Shown piece after piece: positions 47,252 to 57,897 of a DNA stretch of 64,000 bases. The stretch is from Turneriella sp. (GTDB lineage Bacteria > Spirochaetota > Leptospiria > Turneriellales > Turneriellaceae). The notes beneath the pieces are model-generated. The model was not told the origin of the DNA and ran no database searches. It worked only from the letters and a program-made list of their open reading frames with translations. Made by a program: the position numbers and the translations under genes. Position 1 is the first letter of the stretch, and each line of letters starts with the position of its first letter. The stretch is from contig CBDIID010000003.1 of assembly GCA_965279515.1 (NCBI GenBank), forward strand, positions 2,656,001 through 2,720,000, written 5' to 3'.

Positions 47252-47296
47252 CCCTCCCCTATAAGGGGAGGGTCGCCGCTTTGCGGCGGGGAGGGG
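47251..47296. repeat. REP-like double hairpin
   Basis: ACCCTCCCCT ata AGGGGAGGGT-CGCCGC ttt GCGGCG-GGGAGGGG between convergent genes. Confidence 0.65.
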
Positions 47297-49009
47297 TTAC
47301 GCTGCGTCCAGAACCGCCATATTGATGACGATGTCGCTGAAGTCGCGGCGCGGGAACAAACGGTTCGCGTCTTTCTGCGCGAGGCGTTTGATCTCTCCTA
47401 AACTGTGGTGGTTCGTTTCCAGGATGCGCTTGCGGAATTCCTGGGCCTCCGCCTTTTTGCCAAGCGCTGCGGCAGCGCGCGATGCCCAGAGCAGACTTTG
47501 CCCCTTGCGGTAAGGCGATTCTTCCAGTGCGAGCGCGGCATGAAAATGTTCGAGCCCCGCAGCGTTATCCCGGCTTTCAAGCGCGAGCGCGCCGAGAATA
47601 AAATGCAACGACGGATCTTCGGGCGCCATGTGTGACGCCGCCTGCATTTCTTTCACCACGTCGGCGAGCGGCGCGCCCTCAAAATCCATCAGGTAGCCGC
47701 GCTGGAAGTGTGCATAAGCTGCAGCGCCTTCGCCCTGCGCGTAGGTAGCGGTCACATCACTGAGTTTTTCTTTCTTGAGATCGACGACCTTGAGCGCATC
47801 ACCCGACCAATCGATGTTGTGGTTGAGGTATGGCCCCCAACCCGTGGGCGCTTCGCCGACTGAAAGTGAAATAAAGCCCGACTGCAGCTTGAAGACCACC
47901 GACTGCACAGACATCACGTGACCGATGAGCGAACCCATCATGCGGCTTTTGCCCGGCATCTCGGCTTCATAGTCACAGCCCAAAAGATTCTGCATATCGG
48001 TGAGTGTCGCACCGCCGCGCTCGCCGACGTTACGGAAGAACTGATCCATCAGGCGCAGGCGGTCAATGGTGTAGGGAGTCCAGGCATCGCCCGTGGCAAT
48101 TTCACCATCCTGCAGATCGCGGTGCAGATAATGGTTGGTCTGTCCAAGGCGGTCATGTTCGGCCCATGTGACGCGGCACTTCTTTGCCGTCGTCTCGATG
48201 ACGGCGGCGTTTTTTTCCTTCGCCGAAGTCACCATAATGCCCCAGGTCGAAGCCACCTTGCTGCCCGCGACAATTTCTATCGCATCGGCAATCGTGCGCG
48301 AGTTACGAATAATGTCGTGGCCCAGATCAATGACACCCGTGGAGTTGAAATCCACATCTTTATGGAAACGTGTGTGGAAGGTGACAGCCAGCCCTTCGGC
48401 GTTGAAGGCCGTAATACCGGGTACATCCGCACCGCGCGCGCCGATGTAGGCATAGGGAATGCCCTTGTCGGGGGTACAGTAGACGATGGTCGGTGATTTA
48501 TCCCAGATACTGACGCCGGGGAAGTCAAAATTACGCGCATGCATCAGTTCGCCGTCAGCGGACATTGAATTAAAGACCACAGCCGACGAACATGCAGGTA
48601 TGGCTTGCAGGAGTGCCTTATCGTTCATGTGCAAGGCACCGAGGCGGCCCAAAACACCGATGCTGTTCTGGAAAACATCCATGACCAGCATGTGTTTACC
48701 CACTTCGGGGGAAAGATTGGCGGCGCGCAGCATGGCGAGCGACCGGCCCTGGTACTCTTCGTTGCGGTTTTTTGCGAGAGCATTTACAGCCATCTGCATG
48801 AGGCCCGAGGCGACATTGCGCAGCGGCCCTTTACGCGACCGACGCGGCAGCCCGCTCAGAATCAACGAATGCGCCATGCGGGGATAAAAATCGAGCATCT
48901 CATGGTACCCGCCCTGGCTGGCGAGAATTTCGCCGTATTGGTGCCCCATCTGCGACTGGGTGCCTTTAAGGCGGATTTCAAGCAGGGGATTTGTGATAAG
49001 CCGTGACAT
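47297..49009 (-). CDS. C45-family Ntn-hydrolase/acyltransferase with C-terminal TPR
   Basis: ACSS nucleophile Cys, HARNFDF, QTNHY; TPR-like tail. Start placed at ATG 49009. Confidence 0.8.
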   Translation of the reverse strand: MSRLITNPLLEIRLKGTQSQMGHQYGEILASQGGYHEMLDFYPRMAHSLILSGLPRRSRKGPLRNVASGLMQMAVNALAKNRNEEYQGRSLAMLRAANLSPEVGKHMLVMDVFQNSIGVLGRLGALHMNDKALLQAIPACSSAVVFNSMSADGELMHARNFDFPGVSIWDKSPTIVYCTPDKGIPYAYIGARGADVPGITAFNAEGLAVTFHTRFHKDVDFNSTGVIDLGHDIIRNSRTIADAIEIVAGSKVASTWGIMVTSAKEKNAAVIETTAKKCRVTWAEHDRLGQTNHYLHRDLQDGEIATGDAWTPYTIDRLRLMDQFFRNVGERGGATLTDMQNLLGCDYEAEMPGKSRMMGSLIGHVMSVQSVVFKLQSGFISLSVGEAPTGWGPYLNHNIDWSGDALKVVDLKKEKLSDVTATYAQGEGAAAYAHFQRGYLMDFEGAPLADVVKEMQAASHMAPEDPSLHFILGALALESRDNAAGLEHFHAALALEESPYRKGQSLLWASRAAAALGKKAEAQEFRKRILETNHHSLGEIKRLAQKDANRLFPRRDFSDIVINMAVLDAA

Positions 49010-49059
49010 AACAGGTAATGGCCGGCGCAGCATGCGCGGTGTCAATTTTTTTGCAGCGC

Positions 49060-49827
49060 TTAAAAGTACTCGCGCAGGAGTTCTGAGGCTTCTGTGCGTA
49101 CAATGACACTCTGGCTGCGGGTGAGCGTCTTGAGGCGCACCTGGGCGTCCCGGGTCTTCGTGCGCGCCAGTTCACGCATCACCAGAATGAGTTCAGAGGC
49201 GGACTTACAATGGTAGCTCCGCTTAATGAGATAGGGCCACGCCGATTCATCATCGTACCAGACAAGCGTGCGGTAAATCTCGGCCACAACCTGGGGATTT
49301 TTCTCGTTCAGCTTGAACAAGACCGAATAAAAATATGTCTTTTCTTTCCGCTCTTTTTTATAGTTGCGCAGCGTGCGATAAGCGGCCTCACGCACCATCC
49401 ACTCCCGGTCTGCCGTCAGGCGCGCAACAGCCGGAATCAGTTCATCGTCTGAACCAACTTTCTCGACCACCAAAAGCGCGCGCCAGCGGATAATCGGATC
49501 GGTATTTTCTGTCAACTCGACAGCTTTCGCCAGATGGTCATCGCGCTCGAGCCGCCATATCGACTCCAACGCCGCTACAATTACTGCGCTGTCATCGTCG
49601 ACAAGGGCGCTGCCGAGAATGCGGTCGTCTTCCCTGACACGATTCGCGCGGGTGATCGCTTCGAGGTATTCGACCTGCCGCTGCCAGTCGAGCATATTGA
49701 ATTCTTCAACGGTAAGTTTCTGCGGCGCCGGATTTCCACTGTTAGTGGGGGCAGACCGGCAAGCTGCAAAGAGCATCAACACGGAAAAAAGAAAGACCGC
49801 CGCACAGCGACCCGGCATTGATTTCAT
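49060..49827 (-). CDS. HEAT-repeat lipoprotein
   Basis: LFAAC lipobox; DPIIRWRA, EWMVREAA and SVIVRTEA HEAT repeats. Confidence 0.75.
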   Translation of the reverse strand: MKSMPGRCAAVFLFSVLMLFAACRSAPTNSGNPAPQKLTVEEFNMLDWQRQVEYLEAITRANRVREDDRILGSALVDDDSAVIVAALESIWRLERDDHLAKAVELTENTDPIIRWRALLVVEKVGSDDELIPAVARLTADREWMVREAAYRTLRNYKKERKEKTYFYSVLFKLNEKNPQVVAEIYRTLVWYDDESAWPYLIKRSYHCKSASELILVMRELARTKTRDAQVRLKTLTRSQSVIVRTEASELLREYF

Positions 49828-50603
49828 GGCAAAACAAAGACGCGCTGCATTTGCAGGCGGCGCTCATCCCCATACTGAACGGAGTTGGTCTGCAGCTGCA
49901 TGCGCGTAATGCCATAGGCTATCCCCGAACCGATCAGGGCGCCGACCAGGACATCGGTGAAATAATGTTTATCGGCGGCAATCCGCAGATACCCGGGCAG
50001 CGCTGCGAGCACGAGTGCCGTTGCATAGATCGCGCCACTCTGCTGGGGATACGATTCGGCTAAAAGCATCGCGCTGGAGAGCGCCATCGCAAACGAATAA
50101 GACGTATGGCCGCTGAAAAAAGAAAGCTTGCTGTCCGGCGAGGAATAGTCGTTGCTGTAATAGGCAAACGGCCGGCCACGCGCGACAGAAAATTTGGTGA
50201 CCTGCGTGATGACACCCGTGATAACCACTGCCTCTCCGATCGTGAGCGCGGCGCGGCCATACTCATGGTTCGTAGCAAGGGGGGATGCAAATGCCGCGGC
50301 CGGCATAACACCGAATAGCATGACGTCACTGAAGGTTTTGGCGAGTTGTGTGTTCGACCATTTGAGGCCGCTGCGCACATCGGCGTCGATAGCAGGGGGC
50401 GTCGTCCAGCGGGGTTCTTTCGCAACAAGCTCGGCCTTGTAATATTCACTGACACCGATGCCCAGTGCGCCGGCAACGACGCCACCGATTTCGCCCACAG
50501 GCACGACGGCATCGAGCCGCGCTGTGGAGAACGCTAAGGCAAAAAAGCACGCCGCGGCTCCCAGTTTCTTTATGGCAAATTTGTCTGTCCGCGCTGAATG
50601 CAC
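49824..50603 (-). CDS. PAP2-family phosphatase
   Basis: KFSVARGRP, SFFSGH, RIAADKHYFTDV motifs. Confidence 0.9.
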   Translation of the reverse strand: MHSARTDKFAIKKLGAAACFFALAFSTARLDAVVPVGEIGGVVAGALGIGVSEYYKAELVAKEPRWTTPPAIDADVRSGLKWSNTQLAKTFSDVMLFGVMPAAAFASPLATNHEYGRAALTIGEAVVITGVITQVTKFSVARGRPFAYYSNDYSSPDSKLSFFSGHTSYSFAMALSSAMLLAESYPQQSGAIYATALVLAALPGYLRIAADKHYFTDVLVGALIGSGIAYGITRMQLQTNSVQYGDERRLQMQRVFVLP

Positions 50604-50633
50604 TTGAAGTTTTTCCTCTAAAGATCAAACCCT

Positions 50634-51272
50634 ATGTCAATTCAAACTCCGCGCTTTATCGATAATCTCGAGCGCCGCTACTATAAACTCGGCATTGAGA
50701 ATCTGGGCCTTATTCTAGTGGTCATGCAGGCATTCGGTTTTCTGGCCTTCCAGATCGCCCCGCAAACCGCCTATAAATTCGCGCTGATTCCCCAGCTTTT
50801 GCTGAAAGGTGAAATATGGCGCGCCGTAACTTTCATTGCATTGCCGCTCAGCACCGGATTCTGGATCATTATCGTACTCTTTTTTCTCTATTCGATCATG
50901 CAGATTATCGAACAGACCTGGGGACCGTTCAAAACCACGCTTTATTTTTTCATGGGCCTCTTATTATCCGTCGCCTACTCGATTATCACCGGCTACCCGA
51001 TAACGACTTTTATGCCGCTGGAGATGTCGCTATTCTTTGCCGTGGCGGCACTTTATCCCACGACCGAAGTATTGCTGTTTTTCTTTATTCCTGTACCGAT
51101 GTGGATTCTTGCGGCGTTTCAGGCGGCGGTTACGCTCTACATCATGATCATGAGCGACTGGTATACACGGGGTTATTATGCGGTTGTTTACCTGAATTAT
51201 TTCTTATTTTTCGGCGTGCACCATTATCAGCAGGTGCAGTACTGGCTGCGCCGCCGCAACTGGCGGGGCTAA
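50634..51272 (+). CDS. rhomboid-like membrane protein (no catalytic dyad seen)
   Basis: LLKGEIWRAVTF motif, E..WG..K..LY, multi-TM. Confidence 0.7.
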   Translation: MSIQTPRFIDNLERRYYKLGIENLGLILVVMQAFGFLAFQIAPQTAYKFALIPQLLLKGEIWRAVTFIALPLSTGFWIIIVLFFLYSIMQIIEQTWGPFKTTLYFFMGLLLSVAYSIITGYPITTFMPLEMSLFFAVAALYPTTEVLLFFFIPVPMWILAAFQAAVTLYIMIMSDWYTRGYYAVVYLNYFLFFGVHHYQQVQYWLRRRNWRG

Positions 51273-51282
51273 GGGAGAATCT

Positions 51283-51873
51283 ATGAGAAAAATTATCACT
51301 GCACTATCGGCCGCCCTGGCCCTGACTTCCGTTTTATCAGCCCGTACCTACTGGTATGACATCGACTATTCCAAGTCGCAGATTACGTTCCTGGCAAAAT
51401 CGCGCGTTGTCAATGCCAACGGCATCTTCCGTAAATGGAGCTTCAAGGGTAAAATCGGCGAGAAACTGCATGTCGTCGGCGACATCGCCATCGACTGCAC
51501 ATCCATTGATACCGATAACGAGCGCCGCGATAAACACCTCATGAGCGCCGATTTTTTCGACTGTGCAAAAAATTCCCAGCACATCTTCCGTATCCGCACT
51601 GTGAAACCCGACCAGGCCAATGCGCTCAAGGCAACGAAGTTTGAGGTCGTTGGCGACCTGACCATCCACGGAACCACTCAGCCTGTCACGCTGACGCTCA
51701 GCCGCGAGGGCGGCGAAGAAAAATTCGCGCTTTCCGGCAGCGTAATCATCGACCGTGAAAAATTCGGCATCGTCTACAACAGCACACTGAACCCGATCGA
51801 AAAAGACATCCGTCTCGACATCAAGCTGCAGCTGAACCGCCGCGCCGATAAGCCGCCGTATGGGCCTTCTTAA
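51283..51873 (+). CDS. YceI-family lipid-binding protein
   Basis: SIDTDNERRDKHLMSADFFD, GDLTIHG, IDREKFGI. Confidence 0.92.
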   Translation: MRKIITALSAALALTSVLSARTYWYDIDYSKSQITFLAKSRVVNANGIFRKWSFKGKIGEKLHVVGDIAIDCTSIDTDNERRDKHLMSADFFDCAKNSQHIFRIRTVKPDQANALKATKFEVVGDLTIHGTTQPVTLTLSREGGEEKFALSGSVIIDREKFGIVYNSTLNPIEKDIRLDIKLQLNRRADKPPYGPS

Positions 51874-52555
51874 GCACCGCGGCGTTCGCATCGGCGCGAC
51901 GATCCTGATCGTACTCGGGGTCGTCACATTCTGGGTAATGCGGCCCATCCGCGATACCGATTTCGCCACCCCGGGTTTTACTCCACTCAAAGACGATGCG
52001 CTCGCAGAACGATTTTCCCCGATCATTATCGGTCATAAACTCTATGGCGCTCCGACCAGATTATTCTACCGCATGGCAAAGAGTAACGAGGGCGAGATTC
52101 ATATCGCCTACCACCCGTTTTATGCCGACGAGGAAAATCCCCATTCGGGTTTTGGCGCAACAATGAGCCGCCTGGTATACACAGGTGGATTGCACCTGAA
52201 GGATATGATGTTTGGCCCGGCAGACATTGAGCTCATCGAAGTCATTCTGGATAAAAACGGTAAGCCGAAAGTACTGGCATGGGAAGACGCGGAGAACTAT
52301 CAGCCGAAAAATTTTTCGGTCAAACATTTGCCCAAAATCGACCGGGACCCGAAGCAGCCGTTCTGCTTTGAAACACCGACCTGGAACCACATGTTTTCGC
52401 TGGTAAAACCCGATGTCTGCAAGGGAGCAGCGGCATTAAAACCCGAATACTTCTCTGCCGCCGACTGGGACAAATACAAGATGGTCAAAAAGACCGAAGC
52501 CATTCTGCGCCGCAACCGGATGCACCGCGTCTATGAGCGCGTGGCTGCGCCTTAG
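51860..52555 (+). CDS. hypothetical membrane-anchored protein
   Basis: 231 aa, N-terminal TM helix, overlaps yceI. Confidence 0.7.
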   Translation: MGLLKHRGVRIGATILIVLGVVTFWVMRPIRDTDFATPGFTPLKDDALAERFSPIIIGHKLYGAPTRLFYRMAKSNEGEIHIAYHPFYADEENPHSGFGATMSRLVYTGGLHLKDMMFGPADIELIEVILDKNGKPKVLAWEDAENYQPKNFSVKHLPKIDRDPKQPFCFETPTWNHMFSLVKPDVCKGAAALKPEYFSAADWDKYKMVKKTEAILRRNRMHRVYERVAAP

Positions 52556-53217
52556 TGTATGCGAATGGCCTGAATCGATTCCTGCGCCACTTCTTTGACG
52601 TCTTCGTCATAGCGTGACTGCAAAACCCGAAGCAGGGGGATAAACGACCGGCGCGCTTTCATGACGCCGAGCGCATGACAGACTTCACGGAGCGCCTTTT
52701 CATTCTCCGCATCGTCATTAAAATCTTTCAGGTATTTGTCGACCTTGGTGAGCAGTGCAGGTACAATGAGCACCGCTTCGGTTTCTTTGGTATAAACGCT
52801 GAGACTGTGAGAGCAGGCATAGATGACGGCCGGGTGATTTTCTTCTGTCAGTGCTTTCGCCAAAACAGGTACTAAGAACGGAGCGATCTGCGAATCTTTA
52901 AAAACGATACCCGCATTACACGCGGCTTCGCGTACGTCAGGTGACTTATGCGTCAGGCCCGCTGCAATGCCTTCAAAATACCGCGGCGCGACCATTTCGG
53001 CTTCGGCCTTGGATTGCCGGTAAATGACAGAGATTTTTTCGAGCGCGCGCACTTTCGCATAGCGCAGCGTCTCTGGGTCGCGGACGATCTTCACAAGCAG
53101 ATCGCTGTGGCGCATGTCGTAATCACGGATACGGTCGAGAATTTCAGGGCGCGCCGAATCGGCTGCCAGCGTGCTCACCGCAAGGAGCGGCAGGAAGAGT
53201 TTTGCAGCTAAACGCAT
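52552..53217 (-). CDS. exported HEAT-repeat protein
   Basis: Signal peptide; SPDVREAAC and EDVKEVA repeats. Confidence 0.7.
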   Translation of the reverse strand: MRLAAKLFLPLLAVSTLAADSARPEILDRIRDYDMRHSDLLVKIVRDPETLRYAKVRALEKISVIYRQSKAEAEMVAPRYFEGIAAGLTHKSPDVREAACNAGIVFKDSQIAPFLVPVLAKALTEENHPAVIYACSHSLSVYTKETEAVLIVPALLTKVDKYLKDFNDDAENEKALREVCHALGVMKARRSFIPLLRVLQSRYDEDVKEVAQESIQAIRIH

Positions 53218-53220
53218 GGG

Positions 53221-53811
53221 CTATTTTTTATCTTCGTAACTGTGCTTGTGCTCGTGGCGGTGCACTGCATGGTTAATCAGGCGCGCCAGGTCGTCGAAAT
53301 TGTCGCCCTTGCGCAGTTTGATATCCACATATTCACCAGTGGCGAGATAGTGGTTCAGGTGTTTCTTGAGCTTGAAGATCGGGCCCGCTACCTTATGCGA
53401 GAAAAACAGACTGTAAATCATGATGATAAGAATATTCAGCACCGTCACCGCAATGACAGGCCACATGTAGAGGTTAAAAGCGTTATAGAATTTATATCCG
53501 CCACCGGTCACCTTCAGCGGAAAATATTCCTCGCCTTCGCCTTCGGGAACGATCTGCCAGTTACCCTGCAGGTCTTTTTTGAGGGCCTTATGGTTGTCGA
53601 CGTCCATCTGCGCCAGCACCGAAGCACCATCGGGCAGAAGGCTGTAGGCTTTATTCTTCACTGCGAAGAGCCCCCCTAAAATCAGCCCCGCTGAAATAGC
53701 GACGACAATCGAATAGCGCAGGATAAACTTGCTCTGGAAGCGCTTATCGATGAAATACTTGCGCTGCCAGAAGTGGGGCTTTTTGCCTTCGTTGGGGTGA
53801 CCGTTTGCCAT
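53221..53811 (-). CDS. 2-TM hypothetical protein with HAMP-like C-terminus
   Basis: RKYFIDKRFQSKF N-terminus; SHKVAGPIFKL...LRKGDNFDDLARLIN. Confidence 0.75.
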   Translation of the reverse strand: MANGHPNEGKKPHFWQRKYFIDKRFQSKFILRYSIVVAISAGLILGGLFAVKNKAYSLLPDGASVLAQMDVDNHKALKKDLQGNWQIVPEGEGEEYFPLKVTGGGYKFYNAFNLYMWPVIAVTVLNILIIMIYSLFFSHKVAGPIFKLKKHLNHYLATGEYVDIKLRKGDNFDDLARLINHAVHRHEHKHSYEDKK

Positions 53812-53844
53812 GGGTGTGCAGCTTCCGGGCCTGAGATGCGTCGG

Positions 53845-54633
53845 TCAACCGGATTTTGACGGCGACAGAAAACTGGTGTGCTGCTTAAAAAAAGCGAGAT
53901 CTGCCCTGCGGTTGGCGGTGAGCTCATGCTGTATCACACGCGTCAGGTATTCCGCCGTGAAGGTGGCGGAGAAGCCGAACCGCGTGACCGCATCGGCCTG
54001 GTATGCAGCAGCGGCAGCACTGTAGGAGTCATATGCGGCCAAAAGCAGCGGATCGACCTCTGCCTTAACTGCATCCCGGTAAACCCAGAGCGCATAGACG
54101 AAACCGCGCCTGAACAGGGAAAAGTATTCGCTCTGCAAATCAAACGAAGGCCGCGCGATATGCTGAAGCGCCGTATCTCCAATCGTCAAAAGCGCCTCGT
54201 CCTCACCCAGGTTAGAGATTTTCTCCGCGACGCCGCCGGTTTCAATCAGGGGGATATCCACCTTGAGCTCACGCATGATGATCTGCAGCTGAGCCACGGA
54301 GCTGCGCGATGCGACATCGGTATAGATGCGCGTGAGTTTTCTGAGCGTGGCCACAAAGCCAGGCCCCACGCCTGTGGTAAAAAGCCGGATCGAGCGCACT
54401 TCGCGGTCGGCGGCAATGCAGAGTTTTTCGTTGTGCGCATAACCTGCGGGCAGACGAAAATATTCGACAGAAGAAATCAGCGCGGCATCGACCTCGTCTG
54501 CACGCAGTTTATCGGCCAGTACCGAGGGCACACCCCGGACGAGCTCGACGCCGCTTTGATTTTCGAGCGCAGCCCATAGCGGCCAGGCATTCAAAAAGTC
54601 CACAACGCCGATGCGGAGCACTCGCGGTGACAT
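53845..54633 (-). CDS. mqnA: MqnA chorismate dehydratase (futalosine menaquinone pathway)
   Basis: RIGVVDFLNAWPL, PSVL, ALISSVEY, SRSSV, LTIGDTAL, FVYALW. Confidence 0.85.
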   Translation of the reverse strand: MSPRVLRIGVVDFLNAWPLWAALENQSGVELVRGVPSVLADKLRADEVDAALISSVEYFRLPAGYAHNEKLCIAADREVRSIRLFTTGVGPGFVATLRKLTRIYTDVASRSSVAQLQIIMRELKVDIPLIETGGVAEKISNLGEDEALLTIGDTALQHIARPSFDLQSEYFSLFRRGFVYALWVYRDAVKAEVDPLLLAAYDSYSAAAAAYQADAVTRFGFSATFTAEYLTRVIQHELTANRRADLAFFKQHTSFLSPSKSG

Positions 54634-54687
54634 ACTGCAAAACCGGAGAGCAAATCGACCGGTAAAGAGATTAGGTGGTAGAGTCAC

Positions 54688-55938
54688 TCACAGCGCAAGG
54701 CCGAAGGCGGCGCTGACGAGTATGTCATGGCTCTGCATGGCATAACTCACGTCGACGCCCAATGCCGGTATCGCGACATTATTCAGGTACATGCGCACTC
54801 CCGTTCCCGGCCCATAAAAGGCCTGCAAGTCGGGCACGCGTTCATTATCATAAAAGCCGAATTCGAAAAATTGCTGCGTGGTAAAGGTGGCCCAGCTCAG
54901 GTGCAAAACCGGGATTTCATAGTGGATCGTACTGCTCAAGTGGGAATCCGCGCTGATGAGGGCCAGGGGTAACGTGCGTGAATTTTGCTGAGCCCCGAGG
55001 CGATCTTCAGCGATGATCGGCGTCTGGGAAAAAGCGCCGCGCAGCGTTAACCCGGTCGAGTGGTCGCTGAAGGCAGCGCGCGTATAGCGCAGGCGGGCGG
55101 TTAACCTGAGATTTTCCATCTGGCTATTCACGAAGTTCGGCCCGAGGTTGATCAGGCCGCTCCAGCCTTCCTGGTAGTAATTTTTCACGGTAAAATCTTC
55201 AATCTGCAGATAGATGCCTGGCACAAACACATCCGCCGAAGAAATTCCTACGTCGTTATACGAGTTGGGGTCGTCCTGTTTACGGTGCGTCTCGACCTTG
55301 GCGCTGAGGCCCAGGATAAATCCCGGCTGAAACTCATGCCCGACATGCACATTCACTGTGTGGAATGAATCTTTATAACGTTGGTTAATGGTGGCAACGG
55401 TGGCGCCGTTTTCGAAAGATCTTTCGCCGCCGCGGTAGTTGACGCTCGAACGAAAATTACTGCCCATGAGCGAACGATCAACATAACCCGACAAAATCTC
55501 CCAGCCGCGGTTTGATCCCAATGCCCCCGCGTATAACGTCTTGCCGTAACCCAGAACATTGCTATCGAGCAAAAATAGTCCAAAGGTGTTAATGCCGCGC
55601 GCCGTCGACGCCACGGGCATGGGAATCAAGGTCCATTTTTCAGTGACGCGCACGCGCATGGTTGCACCCTCTGGCTGCGAAACGAATTCGATCGCCACCT
55701 CGCGGAAAATCCCCAGTTTAAGTAAGGCATTTCTCGCAGCAGCGGCATCGAAGTCGGCGACAGACCGGCCCAGCGCCGGCTCGAGATCCTTGAGAATCAC
55801 GTGCGGTTTTGTTTTATCGTTGCCGATAATTTCGATTTTTGTGATTTTCTGCTCACCGGTTGCGGCGGCCGTGCTGGCGACGGCCTGGGTAAACAGCAAC
55901 CATGGGCAAAAAAAGACAACGAGAACAGAACGGCGCAA
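54688..55938 (-). CDS. Omp85/BamA-TamA-like outer-membrane protein with one POTRA domain
   Basis: Signal peptide; IEIIGNDKTKPHVI...LGIF...VTEKW POTRA; beta-barrel C-terminus. Confidence 0.75.
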   Translation of the reverse strand: MRRSVLVVFFCPWLLFTQAVASTAAATGEQKITKIEIIGNDKTKPHVILKDLEPALGRSVADFDAAAARNALLKLGIFREVAIEFVSQPEGATMRVRVTEKWTLIPMPVASTARGINTFGLFLLDSNVLGYGKTLYAGALGSNRGWEILSGYVDRSLMGSNFRSSVNYRGGERSFENGATVATINQRYKDSFHTVNVHVGHEFQPGFILGLSAKVETHRKQDDPNSYNDVGISSADVFVPGIYLQIEDFTVKNYYQEGWSGLINLGPNFVNSQMENLRLTARLRYTRAAFSDHSTGLTLRGAFSQTPIIAEDRLGAQQNSRTLPLALISADSHLSSTIHYEIPVLHLSWATFTTQQFFEFGFYDNERVPDLQAFYGPGTGVRMYLNNVAIPALGVDVSYAMQSHDILVSAAFGLAL

Positions 55939-55944
55939 AATTGG

Positions 55945-56880
55945 TCAATGGCCGTAATGGCCGCGCATCGCTGCAGGTAACATCTCTGCCACGGCACGAC
56001 CAAAATAATCCATTGTATCCTGTTTGCGCGTCTCTTTGGGGAACCTTTCAATTTCAAGATTGCGGATGCCCTGGGGAGCGTCTGCACTTCGACCGACGAA
56101 CACCGGTTCACCGATGCGCATCGTACCTTCGGTAAAACCAAACATGAAACTGTCGGCGTGCAGAATCTTCTCAGGCCCTTCGACGGCCACGGGTAAAACC
56201 ACAGTGCCGTCGAGATAGCTGTAGAGCGGGCCGTGGAAGGGCAGCATCGTGTTGTGACGGCTGCGTGTGCCTTCGGGATAGATAACGAGCGGTTCGCCCC
56301 TTTTTTGCCGTTCTTTAACCTCTTTGTAAGACCGCAGGTTGAGGCGGGTCAGTTCACGCCGTATCGATTCATTCTCCGCCATGTCGCGCGGAGAAGCCAC
56401 AAGCATGGTGCGGAATGCCCGCCCTGCGACACGGGTGAAATCCGACGTGAAGACCAGGCGGCCTGTGACGAAAAACATCTTCCGCGCGTATTCATAAAAC
56501 GCCGGGTCGCGCTCGAGCAGCAGCGACGTGACCGTCGCATCGAAGAGGCTGAGGTGGTTTTCCACGATCGTGACGCCGGTGGTCGCTAGGTAAGGTATGA
56601 CCTTCGCAAAATTCTCTGCACCCTCAAGCTTGAAGCGGCTGAGCAAGGGCTGAAAGATCGCATTCATGAGGTTATAGATATGCGGTTCGGGCTCGAGAAA
56701 AGGTGAGCCATCGAGCAGTTTCGGGTGGTTCTCAAAGTCGAGAATCGGCGGCAGGGGTGTCGCATGCGACAGGCGGATGTACTCTTCCAGCAGCGCGGAT
56801 GATTCCGCTTCGGCCATGCCCGCCTCGGCAAACGACTGAACCCCCGCCATGAACTGATCTTCCCACGGGAATTTCGCCAT
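55945..56880 (-). CDS. glycerol-3-phosphate/lysophospholipid acyltransferase
   Basis: NHLSLFD (HX4D) and YPEGTRS motifs. Confidence 0.9.
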   Translation of the reverse strand: MAKFPWEDQFMAGVQSFAEAGMAEAESSALLEEYIRLSHATPLPPILDFENHPKLLDGSPFLEPEPHIYNLMNAIFQPLLSRFKLEGAENFAKVIPYLATTGVTIVENHLSLFDATVTSLLLERDPAFYEYARKMFFVTGRLVFTSDFTRVAGRAFRTMLVASPRDMAENESIRRELTRLNLRSYKEVKERQKRGEPLVIYPEGTRSRHNTMLPFHGPLYSYLDGTVVLPVAVEGPEKILHADSFMFGFTEGTMRIGEPVFVGRSADAPQGIRNLEIERFPKETRKQDTMDYFGRAVAEMLPAAMRGHYGH

Positions 56881-57897
56881 AGGACGAAATATAAGGTTTA
56901 AACAACGGGTAAATTTATTGGCTGTTTAGTAAATAACTGTCTACCGCAGCGCGGAACTCCTTTCTGAAAAAAGGTTTAGCCGCTTTATTTTTCAGAAAAA
57001 GCCGACGTTAGATATTCTGCAAACAATTTCCGTTCATGTTCGTAATTGGCCAGGTAGCTGATGGAATATGTTTTCTGCACGATACCTGAAAATCAGCAGT
57101 GATTCTAAGCGAATTACCATCGGCGGCTATGAATCTCTGTTCAAGCAGAAATCCCGAAGCAGCAACAAACTCGGCGAAGATAAAAAACGCATGATTGACG
57201 AAGTCGCCAAAGGCAATAATATCCTGGGGCGAGGCGCCCTGGTGACCCTGCTCGCAGTAAAGAACTGACTGCAAAGGCCAAGATGCAGTCCCTATGTCCA
57301 CGCACGATCGGACAGGCTTTGCCAGCCGTTTCTTTTTGCGGTAATCGAGCCCGTCAAGAGGGTTCGGTCGACGGGTACAGCGACTGACTTGAGCTGTATT
57401 AACTTGTCTGGATGGGAGAGATTTAATCGGCCCATACTCCCCCAGAGAAATGTAGCTGCATAGATCCTGTTTCTGTCGATCACCTCGCATGCTTTACATA
57501 AGCCTGATTTTGAAAAAAAAAACAGAGTTTTTTTAGGAAACTAGGTAACATTCAGCAGAAGAAGGCATATCTCAAACCGTCATTCATGTGATTTGGTTGT
57601 TCAAAGATAAGGGATGTTCATTCACTATAGAGGGGAACAGAGGTGGCGCTCTGCATGCATAGCCAGGCGGAATTATCCCAGCTTTTCTCATGAATCGATC
57701 ATTGCCATAAATCGTTTCAAAAACCCTGCCGGGATTAAATGCATGTTCTCACAATAGCTTCTTTTCACCTGGATGCAGATATCTATTTGGGTCACTGGTG
57801 GGATAAATTTCCGCCGAAGATCTTAAAATACCTCTTCCCTCAGTAAATCCTGGGAATCAGTATTTATGAGTTCCTCTCAGCGAGGCTCCGGCAATTC

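Noticed and set aside
57008..57490. 160-aa minus-strand ORF
   Set aside because: No motif and unnatural composition; not supported as a gene.
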